Made by a program: the position numbers and the translations under genes
DNA from: a bacterium
GTDB taxonomy: Bacteria; UBA8248
NCBI GenBank assembly: GCA_965261085.1
Contig: OZ253442.1
Span: 1,152,001 to 1,216,000 of the forward strand
Direction: 5' to 3'
Length of the DNA: 64,000 bases
The notes under the pieces: model-generated
Databases searched by the model: none
Seen by the model: only the letters and a program-made list of their open reading frames with translations
Told to the model about the DNA's origin: nothing
Shown here: one piece after another, positions 10,422 to 21,557 of the stretch
Position numbering within the stretch: the first letter of the stretch is position 1
How the letters are laid out: each line of letters begins with the position of its first letter

Positions 10422-10596
10422 CCGGTCCTCCTGTTCAGGATTGTGTGGATAGTGGTGCGCCCGTGCGCACTGTGGCGGGGATTCCGTCACGGGGACTGGT
10501 CCTCCTTCGGCCGCTACGAGTTCATTGATGAGGACGGCGACCGCTTCGACCCGGACGGGCCGCTACGCCCGTCCCCGTAGAAGGGACCTCCGCGCC

Positions 10597-10998
10597 CTAA
10601 ATCGGTCTCAGTCCTCGACCATCCGTCCTCCGTCCGGTCCCACCGCGGTCCGGCGCCGGGACCCGTCGCCGCGCCGAGTCCCAGACCTCCAGGTCCGCGG
10701 GCAGGTAGCGCACCCGGAACCCGAACCGGTGGAAAACCGGCCCCTTGCCGCTCACACGGTAGCGCTCCAGCGTCCTCGGCGAGAGGCGCAGCCGTGCGGC
10801 CGCCTCCCGTGTGCTCAGGTAATTCCTGCCGTTCTCGTTCATCGGCGCATCTCCTTCGAGGCCGAACCCGGCGAAAGGGTCCTCCTCCGTTACCCCGGCG
10901 CGGATGGCCCGGGCCTCTTCCTCTCTCGCCTGCGCCGCAACGCTGCGGCGCAGGCGATCGCCGGGGGGCATGTCGGTGTGGGTGTCCAGCGTTCCCAT
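10597..10998 (-). CDS. excisionase-like HTH protein; internally deleted paralog of 38694..39449
   Basis: MNENGRNYLSTREAAARLRLSPRTLERYRVSG near-identical to the 38694 ORF C-terminus. Confidence 0.7.
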   Translation of the reverse strand: MGTLDTHTDMPPGDRLRRSVAAQAREEEARAIRAGVTEEDPFAGFGLEGDAPMNENGRNYLSTREAAARLRLSPRTLERYRVSGKGPVFHRFGFRVRYLPADLEVWDSARRRVPAPDRGGTGRRTDGRGLRPI

Positions 10999-11149
10999 CG
11001 AAACGAACATAAAGTAAAAAAACGCGCCTGAAAATTGTTTTCGATAGCGCATAACCTGCACGCATGTTGCATTCCTGCCCACACATGCGGTGGGCTGCGC
11101 AGCAATGCGACAAAAAAACGGGGGCTCCCCGCGACGACGGAATAGAGGG

Positions 11150-11360
11150 GTATGGCATAAACATATATGAAAAGAAGAAAATCCGCGTCACGCCCGAACA
11201 GTGGGAACGCGTCAATGAAGAGGCGCAACAACGCGAGATCAGCCCGAACCGCCTCTTCATCGAGCCCCTACATGTGGAGGCCATAGAGTGCAGGGAATGC
11301 CCTCGCGCGAAAGCGGAAATTATCTGTTGCGCTCGACCATGCTAGCCGCGCAGGCTGGAC
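11150..11360 (+). pseudogene. frameshifted RHH-like regulator remnant
   Basis: KKIRVTPEQWERVNEEAQQREISPNRLFIE resembles the 4407 RHH protein; continues in another frame (LLRSTMLAAQA). Confidence 0.4.
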
Positions 11361-11714
11361 CACGGGCGCAAATCGGTGGTTCCCTGATGAATGTTTCTGA
11401 GCGCCGAAGCATGACCGCAATCAAGCTATTACGGGCCGGACTTTACAGGACGGTCGACAGAGACCCGCCGAGATGCGCACGAGTTGTAATTCATCCGCTT
11501 TCGGTTTGGTTACATGCTGGAGAAGGTGAATTCCTAACGGGATCGAGGAGAATGAATCTTTCCCAACAGTATTAACAGGGTAGGAGAATTTCACGAGCGA
11601 TGAATAAGCTTCTCCGCCTCTAAGCGGGCGAAAGACATTTATGTGCGATCCGTAAGGAGGAACACTTCCGGCCGCTCACACCACCATGCTGACGGACCCG
11701 ATGGCGGACACGAA

Positions 11715-11880
11715 CTAGGGAGCATTATCCGGGAGGAGGGCGCCGGCGTCCCGTCCGCACCACCCGCCGCACCACCCACAACACCTTGTTGCGGATATGG
11801 ACGTCTTCTGCGCGGCAGGGAGAATGGTCTGTGGGGATGAGCCGGAGCCTCGGGCGTTCCTCCTCGGCGCCATCGCAGCG
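11715..11880 (-). pseudogene. C-terminal remnant of an S24 peptidase/repressor
   Basis: EEERPRLRLIPTDHSPCRAEDVHIRNKVLWVVRRV parallels the C-terminus of 39610..40359. Confidence 0.55.
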
Positions 11881-12058
11881 CACCGCCGTTGATGATGCAG
11901 TCCGTCATGGGAGTCTTTCTTCCGGGTCATCCAGGCAATCGGGGACTCCGCCACGACATCCGCCGTCAGACGGTTCCCCGGCAATCCGTTCATGGCCTTG
12001 CGGCTTCGCGGGAGGGGCCGCTTCCCTCTACCGGCGCAGGGCGTCAGGCGCCTGTTCC

Positions 12059-12487
12059 TCACGGCCGCCTGACCTCCCACTCCACCTCGCCGAGGACCTC
12101 GACGTCTTCTGCGAAGCAGGGGGCGTAGGCGGGGTTGGCCGGGATGAGCCTCAGGCGTTCGTCCTCCGCACCATCGCCGGGCATCGCCTCGGCTCGTCTG
12201 GCCACCAGGCTCTCCCCGAGCCTGATCAGGAACTTTCCTCCCGCCTCCGGGCGCCGGCTCTCGAGGTCGACCACGACCCATTCGCCCTCGCGCAACTCAG
12301 GCTCCATCGAGTCGTCGCACACCCGCACGATGCGCAGGTGCGTGGTCTTCACGCCTTCTTCGGTGCGATGCTCCACCCAGAAAGGCTCGCCGATCTCGTT
12401 GTCGTCATCTCCCGTGCCGGGGCTCGGTTCGACGGGTTCAATGATCATGTCGATCCCGTTATGGCCCGGTGTGGTGTCGTCCGTCAT
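12059..12487 (-). CDS. stand-alone S24 peptidase-like domain (no HTH)
   Basis: RVCDDSMEPELREGEWVVVD...RLRLIPANPAY...VLGEV; expected catalytic Lys position reads LVARR. Confidence 0.8.
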   Translation of the reverse strand: MTDDTTPGHNGIDMIIEPVEPSPGTGDDDNEIGEPFWVEHRTEEGVKTTHLRIVRVCDDSMEPELREGEWVVVDLESRRPEAGGKFLIRLGESLVARRAEAMPGDGAEDERLRLIPANPAYAPCFAEDVEVLGEVEWEVRRP

Positions 12488-12616
12488 GGTGATATTCCTT
12501 TCCGGTAATCCAGGGGACCCGGTTTCGGTCCCCGATGTCCCGCGGGCCCTCGCCCGCATCCTTTCGCTTCACGTTCAAGATTCCAGGAGGCGCGCGCGGG
12601 ATTGCCCCGTCCACCG

Positions 12617-15600
12617 CTACCAGCGCTTCGAGCCCCTCAGGACGAGTCCGGCTTCGTGCTCACCGTCCCCTTCGGGTTCGGCGAGCGTGGCCTCGAGGTT
12701 CAGGGCGAAGGCGGGACCGAGCTTCCAGCGCGCTCCCGCGCGCCAGGTCTCCCCGCTCCCGGTGAGCGCCACGCCCGTATAGGGCGTCAGCAGGCCGCGC
12801 ATCGCGTCCAGTCCGTAGCCCACCTCGGCTTCTAATCGCGCGTCGGGGTCGAACTCCCCCCCCGCCACCGCGCGCTGCGACCAGAGGCGCTCCGTCCCGC
12901 CCGAGGCCGCGCCCCAGGCCGAACCCACCCGCATCGAGAGCCCCCGGCCGTCCCCGCCGGGAGAGAGGGCGAGCGAGGCGCTCACGCCCCATTCCTCATA
13001 ATCGCGCTCCTCGTGCGCGAGAAGGCCCCTTGCGCGCACCTCCACCGAGAGGCCCTTCGCATTCGTCCAGCCGAGGCCGCCGCCCAGTTCCACGCCGCTT
13101 CCCGTCTCCGCGTCGCCCGCATCGAAACGAAGGCCCACCTCGAGGGAGGGCGTGATGACACTGCCGCCACCCAGCTTCACCTCGCGCGAACCCTCCAGCA
13201 CCAGGCGCAGGCGCTGCGTGCGCGCCTCCGCCGAGACGAGGTTCGTCACCGCTTCCGACTCGGTCCACACGAGGAGGACGTCGGTCTTGACCTCAAGGTC
13301 GTAGCCCGCAACGGATGCGAGCTTGCCCCTGGCCCCGAACGCCGCCATCCCCATGGAGATGTCGGTCTCCATGCGCTCCACTATCCCCCCCGTGTTCTCC
13401 ACCTCGAGCGTCAACCCGCCCTCGCCCAGGCCCAGGACGCCCCAGACCGAGAGGCGCTCGCTCACCGTGTAGCGCAGGTAGGGGTGTGCGCTCGCGAGCG
13501 TCGATTCCACCTCGCCCCGCGCGCCGGTGGCCGTGTAGGAACCCTCCCCGGTGCTGTAGGCGAGCGTCACGCCCGCCAGGACCCTGCCACGCTCGTAATC
13601 AGCGCCCACGAGGCCCGTCGAGACGTCCCCCTCGAGCGTGAGCGCGTCCTCCTTGCCGCTGAAGCTCGCGCGCGACCCCCGGGCCCACAGCGACCAGCGC
13701 CCGTTCGCGTCCTCCTTCCCGCCACCTGCCGAGGCCATATGAAACGAACTCGCCATCAGCAGCCCGGCCGTCGATATCTCTTGCGCGGGGGAGTCGTCCG
13801 CCTCCACCCGGAGAAGGTCCTTCGTCTCCCTCAAGTCCGGCCCGAGGACGCTTGCATCCCCGAGGAGAGTCCCCTCCGCCCCGGGCCAGGAAGCGCCCAG
13901 GACCACCTGGTGGCCGCCGAGCGTCAACTGCGTCGAACCCGGAGAGTTCCCCTCGATGCGCGCGCCCACGGCTTCCAGCACCTGCTCCGCGACCGTGCGC
14001 CCGAAGCGCGCCAGCCACGCCTTGGGCATGTGGTCGGTGTTCTTGATCGTCCCCGTCGCCGTACCGTCGGCGATATACGCCCCCGAGGCGTTCGAGAGCG
14101 TGAGCGTCAGCGTCTCCCGCCCCTCGTCGTGCGCATCGTCGAGCACAGCGACCGATACCGTCTTCGCCCTATCGCCGGCCGCGAAGGTCAGCGTACCGCT
14201 CACCGCCGTGTAGTCGGCGCCCGCCTTCGCCGTCCCGTCGGCCGTCGCGTAGTCCACCGTCACCGCCCCCGAAGGCGCCCGGTCGAGCCTCACCACGAAC
14301 GCAAGCGCCGCGTCCGGTTCCTCCTCCACCTCCGCATCCGCCACCGAGAGACCCGGCGGACCCAGAACCCTCGTCGATATCGTCGCCGACAGCGCCCGCC
14401 CGTCGCCGGTGCACACCGCCCCCGGCGTACCGCAGGCGCGCCCGCCTTCGAGCGTCACCGTCACGTCGCCAATCGAACCCGGCTTGACCGTCGCCTCCCA
14501 CAGGTCCTTGCGCCGGTCCACCCGCTTCGCCTTCGTCACGCTCCCGCCGGACACCGACAACGACTGGTCGCGGAACGTCCGGAAGCCGATCGAGATGCCC
14601 TCGCTGAACGCGATCCTGAGCTTGAACGCCGTCTTCCCGTCATGCTCCGCCGGCGCCTGCACGAAACTCGCCGTCAGCGCCACGACCGCCGCCTCGACCG
14701 CGGGGCCGGCCACCGTCGCCGCCGGCGTGTTGGTCAACAGCCGCCGGTTCCCGCCCCGGGTGCAGATCGCCCCGGAGACCGCGCACTCGCGCCCGCCCGG
14801 CAGCGTGATCGTCACCGCCCCGTCCGTCTCGGGCGCGACCGTGATCTCCCACAGGTCATTGCGCCCGTCCACCCGCCGCGCCCCGGTCACCTCGCCCCCG
14901 GACACCGTGAACGAGTCGTCGCGCATCGACCGGAAGCCGATCCCGATGTCCTCGCTGAACGCCACCCGGAAGTGGAACGCGTCCTCGCCGTCATGCGCCT
15001 CCGGCAGGCCCTCGAACGCCGCCGTCAGCGGCGCAGGGCCCGGACCCTCTACCGTCGTCGCGATCCCCTCCGACAGCGAACGCCCGTCCTCCGTGCAGAT
15101 CGCCCCCGCGCCCCCGGCCGGCCGGTTGTCCACCCGGCGCACCGACGTCACCCGGCCGCCCTCGACCCGCACCCCGTGCTCGCCCACGTTCTCCGGGCTC
15201 TCCTCGATCGCCTCGCTGAACGCCACCCGAACCTTGACCCGGCCCGAGCCGTCGTGGCGCTCCGGCGGCGACACGAACCGCGCCTTCAGCGCCCGTGCAC
15301 CGGCCTCGGCGCTCTCCGGCTCGTTCCAGCAGCGGGCACCCCCGCATCCTCGTTGTGCGTGCAGTTGTGCAGCCCCCAGCCCGCGTACGCGCAGTGGGCC
15401 AGCGGCACCGGCAGCGCGGCCACCCTCTGATCGGCGTCGCCCGCCGCGCACGTCATGTCGTCGAGCCAGATCGGGAGGAGGGGCCAGTCCAGCGGATAGG
15501 GGCGGCCCACCGGAGAGTAGGACGCCTGCGCGGACGGTTGGCTCGGCACCCCTGACTGGCCGTAGCCCGACGCGTATTCGCCGTTGCCGTAGCCCATGGC

Positions 15601-18600
15601 CTCGCAGACCAGGGCGGGGGCATCGTTGGCGGATTCAGTTACCGTGACATCGTCCGTTGCGTTGCCGTCCGCATCCAGTTCCACGATGAACCTGGAGGTC
15701 GTTTCTCTCGAGAAGCCGTCGTCGCACACCGTGCCCCAGCGCCCGGCGTGGAACACCTCGACGCGCCCCGCGAACCCCTCATGCCCATCCGGGTGCGTGT
15801 ACGGTTCCTCCACCGGCAACCCCGACGCGGCCTTGACGTATTCGTAGCCCTCATGATCGGGGGGCAGCGACGGCAGAGGCGTGCCGAGATCCACCGTGAC
15901 GTCCCCGGTGTCCTCGGTGCGGATCACGCTCACCGGGTCGCCCGCCACCGAGCCCTTCGCCACCCGCAGCCCCGTTGCACCGAACGCGAGCGTGCCGTTC
16001 TCCACGCTCACCGGCAGGACCAGGTCCGATGGCGCCCCCGCGAGCACCTTCGCCCGCACCTGGCCGTCCTCCGCCTTCTCCACCGTCACGGTCAGGCGCA
16101 AGGGATCGCCGCCGTTATTACCGGCCAAGTTGAGGACCCTCAGCGCCGTCAGGCCGGAGAACAGCCCGGCGGGAAGTGTCACGAGCCGGTTGCCGTCGAG
16201 GATGATGCTCGTCAGTTCCGACAGCCCCGAGAACAGCCTGGCGGGAATAGTGTCGAGGCCGATGCCGCCCAGAGCGAGTAGCCGCAAACTCGTGAGATCG
16301 GAGAACACCGTCGCAGGGAGCGCGGCCCCCAACGAGGCGTTGCGGTTCAGAGAGAGGTTCTCCATCGCCGTCAGCCCGGAAAACACATCCGAGGGAAGCG
16401 ACTCAAGGGCGTTGTTTGACAGATTGAGAATCCCCAGCGCCGTCAGGCCGGAGAACAGGTCCGAAGGAAGCTCGGTGAGCGAGTTATTTCTCAGTTGGAG
16501 CTCATCCAGCGCCGACAGCCCCGCGAAATCGCCCGACTTGAGCGCCGTGACGTTCTTTCTGACCATGTACAGGTTCGTGATCGTGGCCAGGTCCGCGACG
16601 GTCACCGCGGCGCAGTCATCCACGCCGGAGAGCTCGGCCAGGATTGCGTCCTGCACCTGCTGCGTGCGGTCGCAAATGCCGGGCGTCGGCGTCACCGGAC
16701 CCGCCACAGCCTCGGCGCCGTCGCCGTCGGCGCTCACCACGCGGAGCTGGAAGGTGTGGGGCACCTCGTTGGTGAGCCCTGTCACCGTGAACCCGTCCTG
16801 GTTCGCGCCGCCGACCGCGCTGTTCGCAATCCGCGTCCAGTTCGGGGGATAACCGCCGTCCGTCTTGAACTGGTACTCGTGGCGCATGACGCCCGAATCC
16901 GGCGCGGGCGGGCCCGGGGGCGCCTCGCGGCTCACCGTCACCGTGTAGATCAGGAAGGTGGTGGTGTTCTGGGCCGTCACCTTCACCTTGATGACGGTGT
17001 CGCCCACCGCCACCGGCACCTGGTGGCCGGCCGTCCCGGTGTCCGCGTCGTCGAGCGTCACGTCGGACTCGTCCAGATATTCGATCGTCGCGTTGGTTTC
17101 GTTCTTCGTCGCCGTCACCGTCACCTCGTCGACGGTGCTCTCCACCATCGCCGTGTAGGTGAAGGTGCCCGACGCGAAGGTCACCAGGTCCGTGCCGCCG
17201 GCGGTCACCGTCAGATCGCTCAGCGTCGCGTCCGTCGAGCCCCCCACCATCGTGGAACCGTTCGTCACCGCGGGAACGCCGTCCTCGCCGGTGGTGAACG
17301 AGTCGACCTCGTGACCGTCGCTGTCCGCGATCGCGTCGCCGCCGGCAACCGACTTGTCGTAGCTGACGACGACCGTCTGACCCTGGTAGATAGTAGCTGC
17401 CGTAGTAATCTGCAGGGTTTTATTTGAATAAGCGATGGAGTTAAATCCGACTTCGACGCCATCAACCGTCACGGTGAAGGCAGCCGCTATCGACGCCGGC
17501 AAGATGAACGGCAGCCCGTGAAGGTTCTCACTGAAATTGAGACTGATAACATTCGAGAAACCTGCCGCCACCTCCGCACTGCTGAGCGTCGGCGGGGTGA
17601 CCTCAGTCGAATCGTTGTCGACCGCGGGCACCCCGCTCGCGCCGGTGGTGAAGTCGACGACCTCCTTGCCGGCGGCGTCGTCGAGGGCATTCGTGCCGGC
17701 GGCGGACCGGTCGTAGCTGACGACGACGGCCTGGTTCTTCAGGATCCTGGACGACAGGTTGATCTGCAGGCCGCTGCTGCCGTCCTTCGCGAGGCCCGAA
17801 ATCTCCACCGTGTCGCCGGCGGCGGTGACCGAGAAGGCATCCTTGAGCGCCGCCGGGATGGTCGCTGGAAGGTCGAGGTCCTCGTCGAAAGCGAGTTCGA
17901 TGGCAACGCCGGACGACGCCACCGTCGCGCCGGTGAGCTCGGGCGGTCTGAAATCCGCCGCGGAGTTGTTGACCACCGCCGGAATCCCATCCCTGCCGGT
18001 GGTGAAGTCGACGACCTTGTTGCCGTCGGAGTCCCCGAGGGCCTCGGTGCCGGCGGCGGACTGGTCGTAGGACACGACGACGGTCTGACCCGCTGAGATC
18101 GCGCGTCCCACCGAAACGTTCACCTTAGCCATTCCACCGCTGAAGCCATTGACCGGGACATCGGTACCGTCGACGGTGACGGTGAACGCGCTTCGAATCG
18201 TGATCGTGTAGGTGGGGTGGTCCAGGATCTCGTTGAAGGTCAGAGCGATTCTTTGCCCGTTCGTCGATACCTCGGCGGCGGTCACATAGGGCGGGCCGGT
18301 GTCCGTGCCGTTGACGCGGATTTTAGTGACGGACGAATGGGAAGCCCACGTAGGAACAACAGCATCAGGATCTCTGGAGCGGCGTCTATCCGCGATCTCC
18401 CATCCTGATCCCGGGGCCGCGTCTTGATCGTCTGAAGTAGTACCGGCAAGAAATAACCCGCTGGTGGCATCCGATTGCAATACCAGAAAATATGACCTTT
18501 CGGCGGCGAGGGTGGTCCCGGCGGGCGCCGTGAAGGTGTTGTTGCCCACGACGAGAGGCGTTGGAGCGATGAGGGTCGCGTGGACGGCACCCGGATTCCC

Positions 18601-18969
18601 ACTGCTATCGGCTCTTCTCACCGTCGCCGTCGCGGTGACCCCGGCGGGGTCACCTATTAACTTCACCTCAATGCTGGTCAACGGAAAGCCAGCGGCGCTC
18701 CGTCCGGTCGTGAAGCCCTGCCCAAACTCAAGATTCCTGAACGAGTATGAGCTGTTGCCAGATTCGTCAAAATTGCTCACCAGCTCCGCGGCTTGGGCGG
18801 TTGCGGGCAGGGCGAGGCTGCCGGAGAGCGCGAGCAGCGCCGCGGCGGCCAGCGCGCGTGCGGAGCGGAGGAACCCGCCCGCAAAGCGGCGCCGAAGTCC
18901 GGAAGGGGAACCGTGATGCGCTCTTGAACCGTCGTTCCCTGGAGACGAAGCTATCGCGTGTAACATCAT
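12617..18969 (-). pseudogene. giant autotransporter adhesin (signal peptide, 3 SwmB-like repeats, cadherin-like sandwich, FN3 fragment, LRRs, SRCR, Ig-like repeats, Calx-beta, beta-barrel), frameshifted near 15335
   Basis: ORFs 15286..18969 and 12617..15451 join as EDAGV/RCWNE; GRVEVFHAGRWGTVCDDGF SRCR; LTELPSDLFSGLTAL LRRs; VTVDYATADGTA Calx-beta; AWLARFGRTVA linker; terminal W. Confidence 0.88.
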
Positions 18970-19252
18970 TGTCTCACCTTTCCTTTCATGTGGTGCGCCG
19001 CCGTCCCGCTACGGCCGCAAGACCGGCATCCGGGTCGTCCATGACTCATGCTTGTCGGTGGTGGATTAGCTGGTATTCGCCGCCAGGGGATGCGGAACGC
19101 CCCTTCGGGCCGCCGGAATGCTCGCTTCCGGGCGCATCTGTGGCGCAAATGCGCCCAAAAAGGCGCAAAACCCCGCCCGGGCGGGCAGGGCCGTGATCGT
19201 TCCGGCGCCCCAAGCCGGGCCGAAGGCCCGGCTCCCGATCCTTGAAGGCCCG

Positions 19253-19437
19253 GGCTTGAGGCTTGAGGCTTGAGGCTTGAGGCTTGAGGCTTGAGGCTTG
19301 AGGCTTGAGGCTTGAGGCTTGAGGCTTGAGGCTTGAGGCTTGAGGCTTGAGGCTTGAGGCTTGAGGCTTGAGGCTTGAGGCTTGAGGCTTGAGGCTTGAG
19401 GCTTGAGGCTTGAGGCTTGAGGCTTGAGGCTTGAGGC
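19253..19437. repeat. perfect heptamer tandem repeat (GGCTTGA)x26
   Basis: 182 bp of uninterrupted units plus GGC. Confidence 0.98.
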
Positions 19438-19441
19438 GCTC

Positions 19442-19470
19442 AGTATACTAGGATCCGGCGTCTCACGCAA
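19442..19470 (-). promoter_or_regulatory. sigma70-type promoter reading into the heptamer array and adhesin gene
   Basis: TTGCGT-N17-TATACT on the minus strand. Confidence 0.65.
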
Positions 19471-19646
19471 TTTCAGGCCTCTCACCAACTTCCCTTGATA
19501 TTCCATGCGTTCCCTTTTCTTTCTTGCGTTCGTTTCACGAGGCGCGGCATGGAACCCGCAATGGGCCCGGGCGATGCGTCGAACGATACGGAGCCGGCCC
19601 GTGGTACGGAACCTGGCGCCTCCTAGCCAAAGTCTGTTCACTTTCT

Positions 19647-19747
19647 AGGATAACCGATTCGGACACACCTTGTGAAACGGGAAATTTTTGGGCTAGGGAT
19701 AATTAAATTAGTGCAAATGCGGGCCCCTTGCGGGGTGGCGTTTCACA
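19647..19747 (+). repeat. direct repeat flanking LysR, copy 1
   Basis: AGGATAA-N17-TGTGAAACG.GAAATTTT..GGCTA...GCAAA.GCGGG.CCCTTGCGGGGTGGCG. Confidence 0.75.
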
Positions 19748-19782
19748 GGCCTTCCAGCCGGAAACGAAGCCCGGCGGACGGT

Positions 19783-20673
19783 TCAGGCCTCCTTCCGTAT
19801 CCATTCCCGGAATGCCCGGACTCCCGGATTGCGCCTCGACTCGGCCGTCGTGATGAGGCAGCACCGAGCGGGCGCTTCGGCCTGCCGCTCGAACAGGGGG
19901 ACCAGTTCGCCTTGTTCCATCTCCCGCTCGATCACCCGCGAGTGTCCCATCGCCGTCCCCATGCCACCCACCGCGGCGGCGACCACCATCGAGTAGAGCC
20001 GGTAGCCCGACGCGCGGGAGAGGTCCGGCGAGAGTTTCCCCTGGCGCGCGAACCAGTACGGCCAGTCCGTGTCCCATCCCAGGTCGTACAGCAGGGGCCA
20101 CTCGTGCAGGTCCACCGGGTCGGCGGGCCTCCCGCGCGCCTCGATGAGGGCCGGGCTGCAGACCGGAAACAGATCCTCCTCATAGAGCGTCTCCTCGTAC
20201 AGCCCCTCCGGGCGCGGCGCGGCGGTCTCGCCGACGTATGCGATCCAGACGTCGAAATCGCGCGCCGCAGTGTCGACGCCCCGGTGGTTGGTCTCAAGCT
20301 CGATGACGACGCCGGGGTGGGACGCCTGGAAATCCGCGAGCCTCGGCATGAGCCACTTCTCGGCGACGGACTCGACCGAAACCAGTTTCAGCCGCCGTGT
20401 CCCCGAATCGCCCCGGCGGCGTTCCGTGACGGCCCCGAGCTCGGCCAGAATGCGCTGGACATCCTTCAGATACGCCTTGCCGCGCCCGTTCAGGCGCACT
20501 CCGCGATGGCCGCGCTCGAACAGCGCGCCGCCGAGATGCGCTTCGAGCACCTTGACGCGGTAGGCAACGGCCGAGGGTGTGACGCTGAGTTCCTCCGCCG
20601 CCTTGGCAAAGCTCTCGCGGCGGGCCGCGACTTCAAAAAAGCGCAGGCAATCGAGCGGCGGAATGGGTGGCAT
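19783..20673 (-). CDS. LysR family regulator (GcvA-like)
   Basis: LRFFEVAARRESFAKAAEELSVTPSAVAYRVKVLE HTH; KWLMPRLADF; LFPVCSP. Confidence 0.95.
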   Translation of the reverse strand: MPPIPPLDCLRFFEVAARRESFAKAAEELSVTPSAVAYRVKVLEAHLGGALFERGHRGVRLNGRGKAYLKDVQRILAELGAVTERRRGDSGTRRLKLVSVESVAEKWLMPRLADFQASHPGVVIELETNHRGVDTAARDFDVWIAYVGETAAPRPEGLYEETLYEEDLFPVCSPALIEARGRPADPVDLHEWPLLYDLGWDTDWPYWFARQGKLSPDLSRASGYRLYSMVVAAAVGGMGTAMGHSRVIEREMEQGELVPLFERQAEAPARCCLITTAESRRNPGVRAFREWIRKEA

Positions 20674-20720
20674 GGTCGCGTAACTCCCAAGGGGAATGGT
20701 CGTCAGTTTGATCGGCTATC

Positions 20721-20822
20721 AGGATAAGGGTATTTCACGGGAGTTGTGAAACGCGAAATTTTATGGCTACGGGATATTATAATTTGGGCAAACGCGGGGC
20801 CCTTGCGGGGTGGCGATTCCCC
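20721..20822 (+). repeat. direct repeat flanking LysR, copy 2
   Basis: same motif as 19647-19747; adjoins the break point of the traD fragment. Confidence 0.75.
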
Positions 20823-20849
20823 GCGCGTATTCCTGGAACGACCGGACGC

Positions 20850-21382
20850 GCCCGGCGCGTTGCCGGCAACAAGGCTTCGGCCAGGCGGGCGGAGGCGGGC
20901 TGCACGCGCCTCCCGAGCGCACCGGCCGACGTCATCTCAGCTCCCCGGACCCTCTGTGCGCGGGCCAGGCGCCGGCCCAGGATGCAAAAGACGACCGCGC
21001 AGAGAGCGACGCCGCCCACCCCAATCCAGAGGCCCAGCCAGGCCTTTGCATGGACGGCGCCCAAGAGGCGCCTCCTGATCCGCTCGATGCGCGGGTCCGC
21101 CGCGATGAGGGCGATCCGCTCGCTCGTCCGCGCGCCTTCGCGCCACTCGTAGGCCTGGCGCGAATCGGGAGAATATCCCAGGCCGAGCTTGGCCTCGGCC
21201 AGGGCACCCAGGCCTACGACCCGCCATTCATGGGCGCTCGTGGTGCGCCAGACCCTGATGACGGGGACCAGAACGATCGTCAGGAGGAGTCCTATAATCC
21301 CCCAGCGGACGAGCTGGCCCCACATATGGACGTCGTGCAAGAGGGTCTGGCCTCCTCTCAAGGTTGCGTTTCCGAAGGTCAT
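20850..21382 (-). pseudogene. traD: 5' fragment of traD (duplicate)
   Basis: near-identical to about 9890-10421; ends before Walker A. Confidence 0.92.
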
Positions 21383-21557
21383 CGTGTCCTCCCGTTCGAG
21401 GTTTCATGGTCGATGGTGCTCCCGGTGTCCACGCTTGGCCTCGCGCCCCGCGGGAGGTCGAGGAGGGTTGGGGCTAAGGGCGCGGGAGCAGATTCTGGAG
21501 AGAGTTTATGGCATGGCGCCCGCTACCTATTGACTCGCAATCAGAGAGGAACGACCC

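Noticed and set aside
19253-19437. Possible CRISPR array
   Set aside because: No spacers and no cas genes; it is a pure tandem repeat
19066-19641. ORF with (SSLKPQA)n
   Set aside because: Translation artefact of the heptamer array; the flanks are not protein-like
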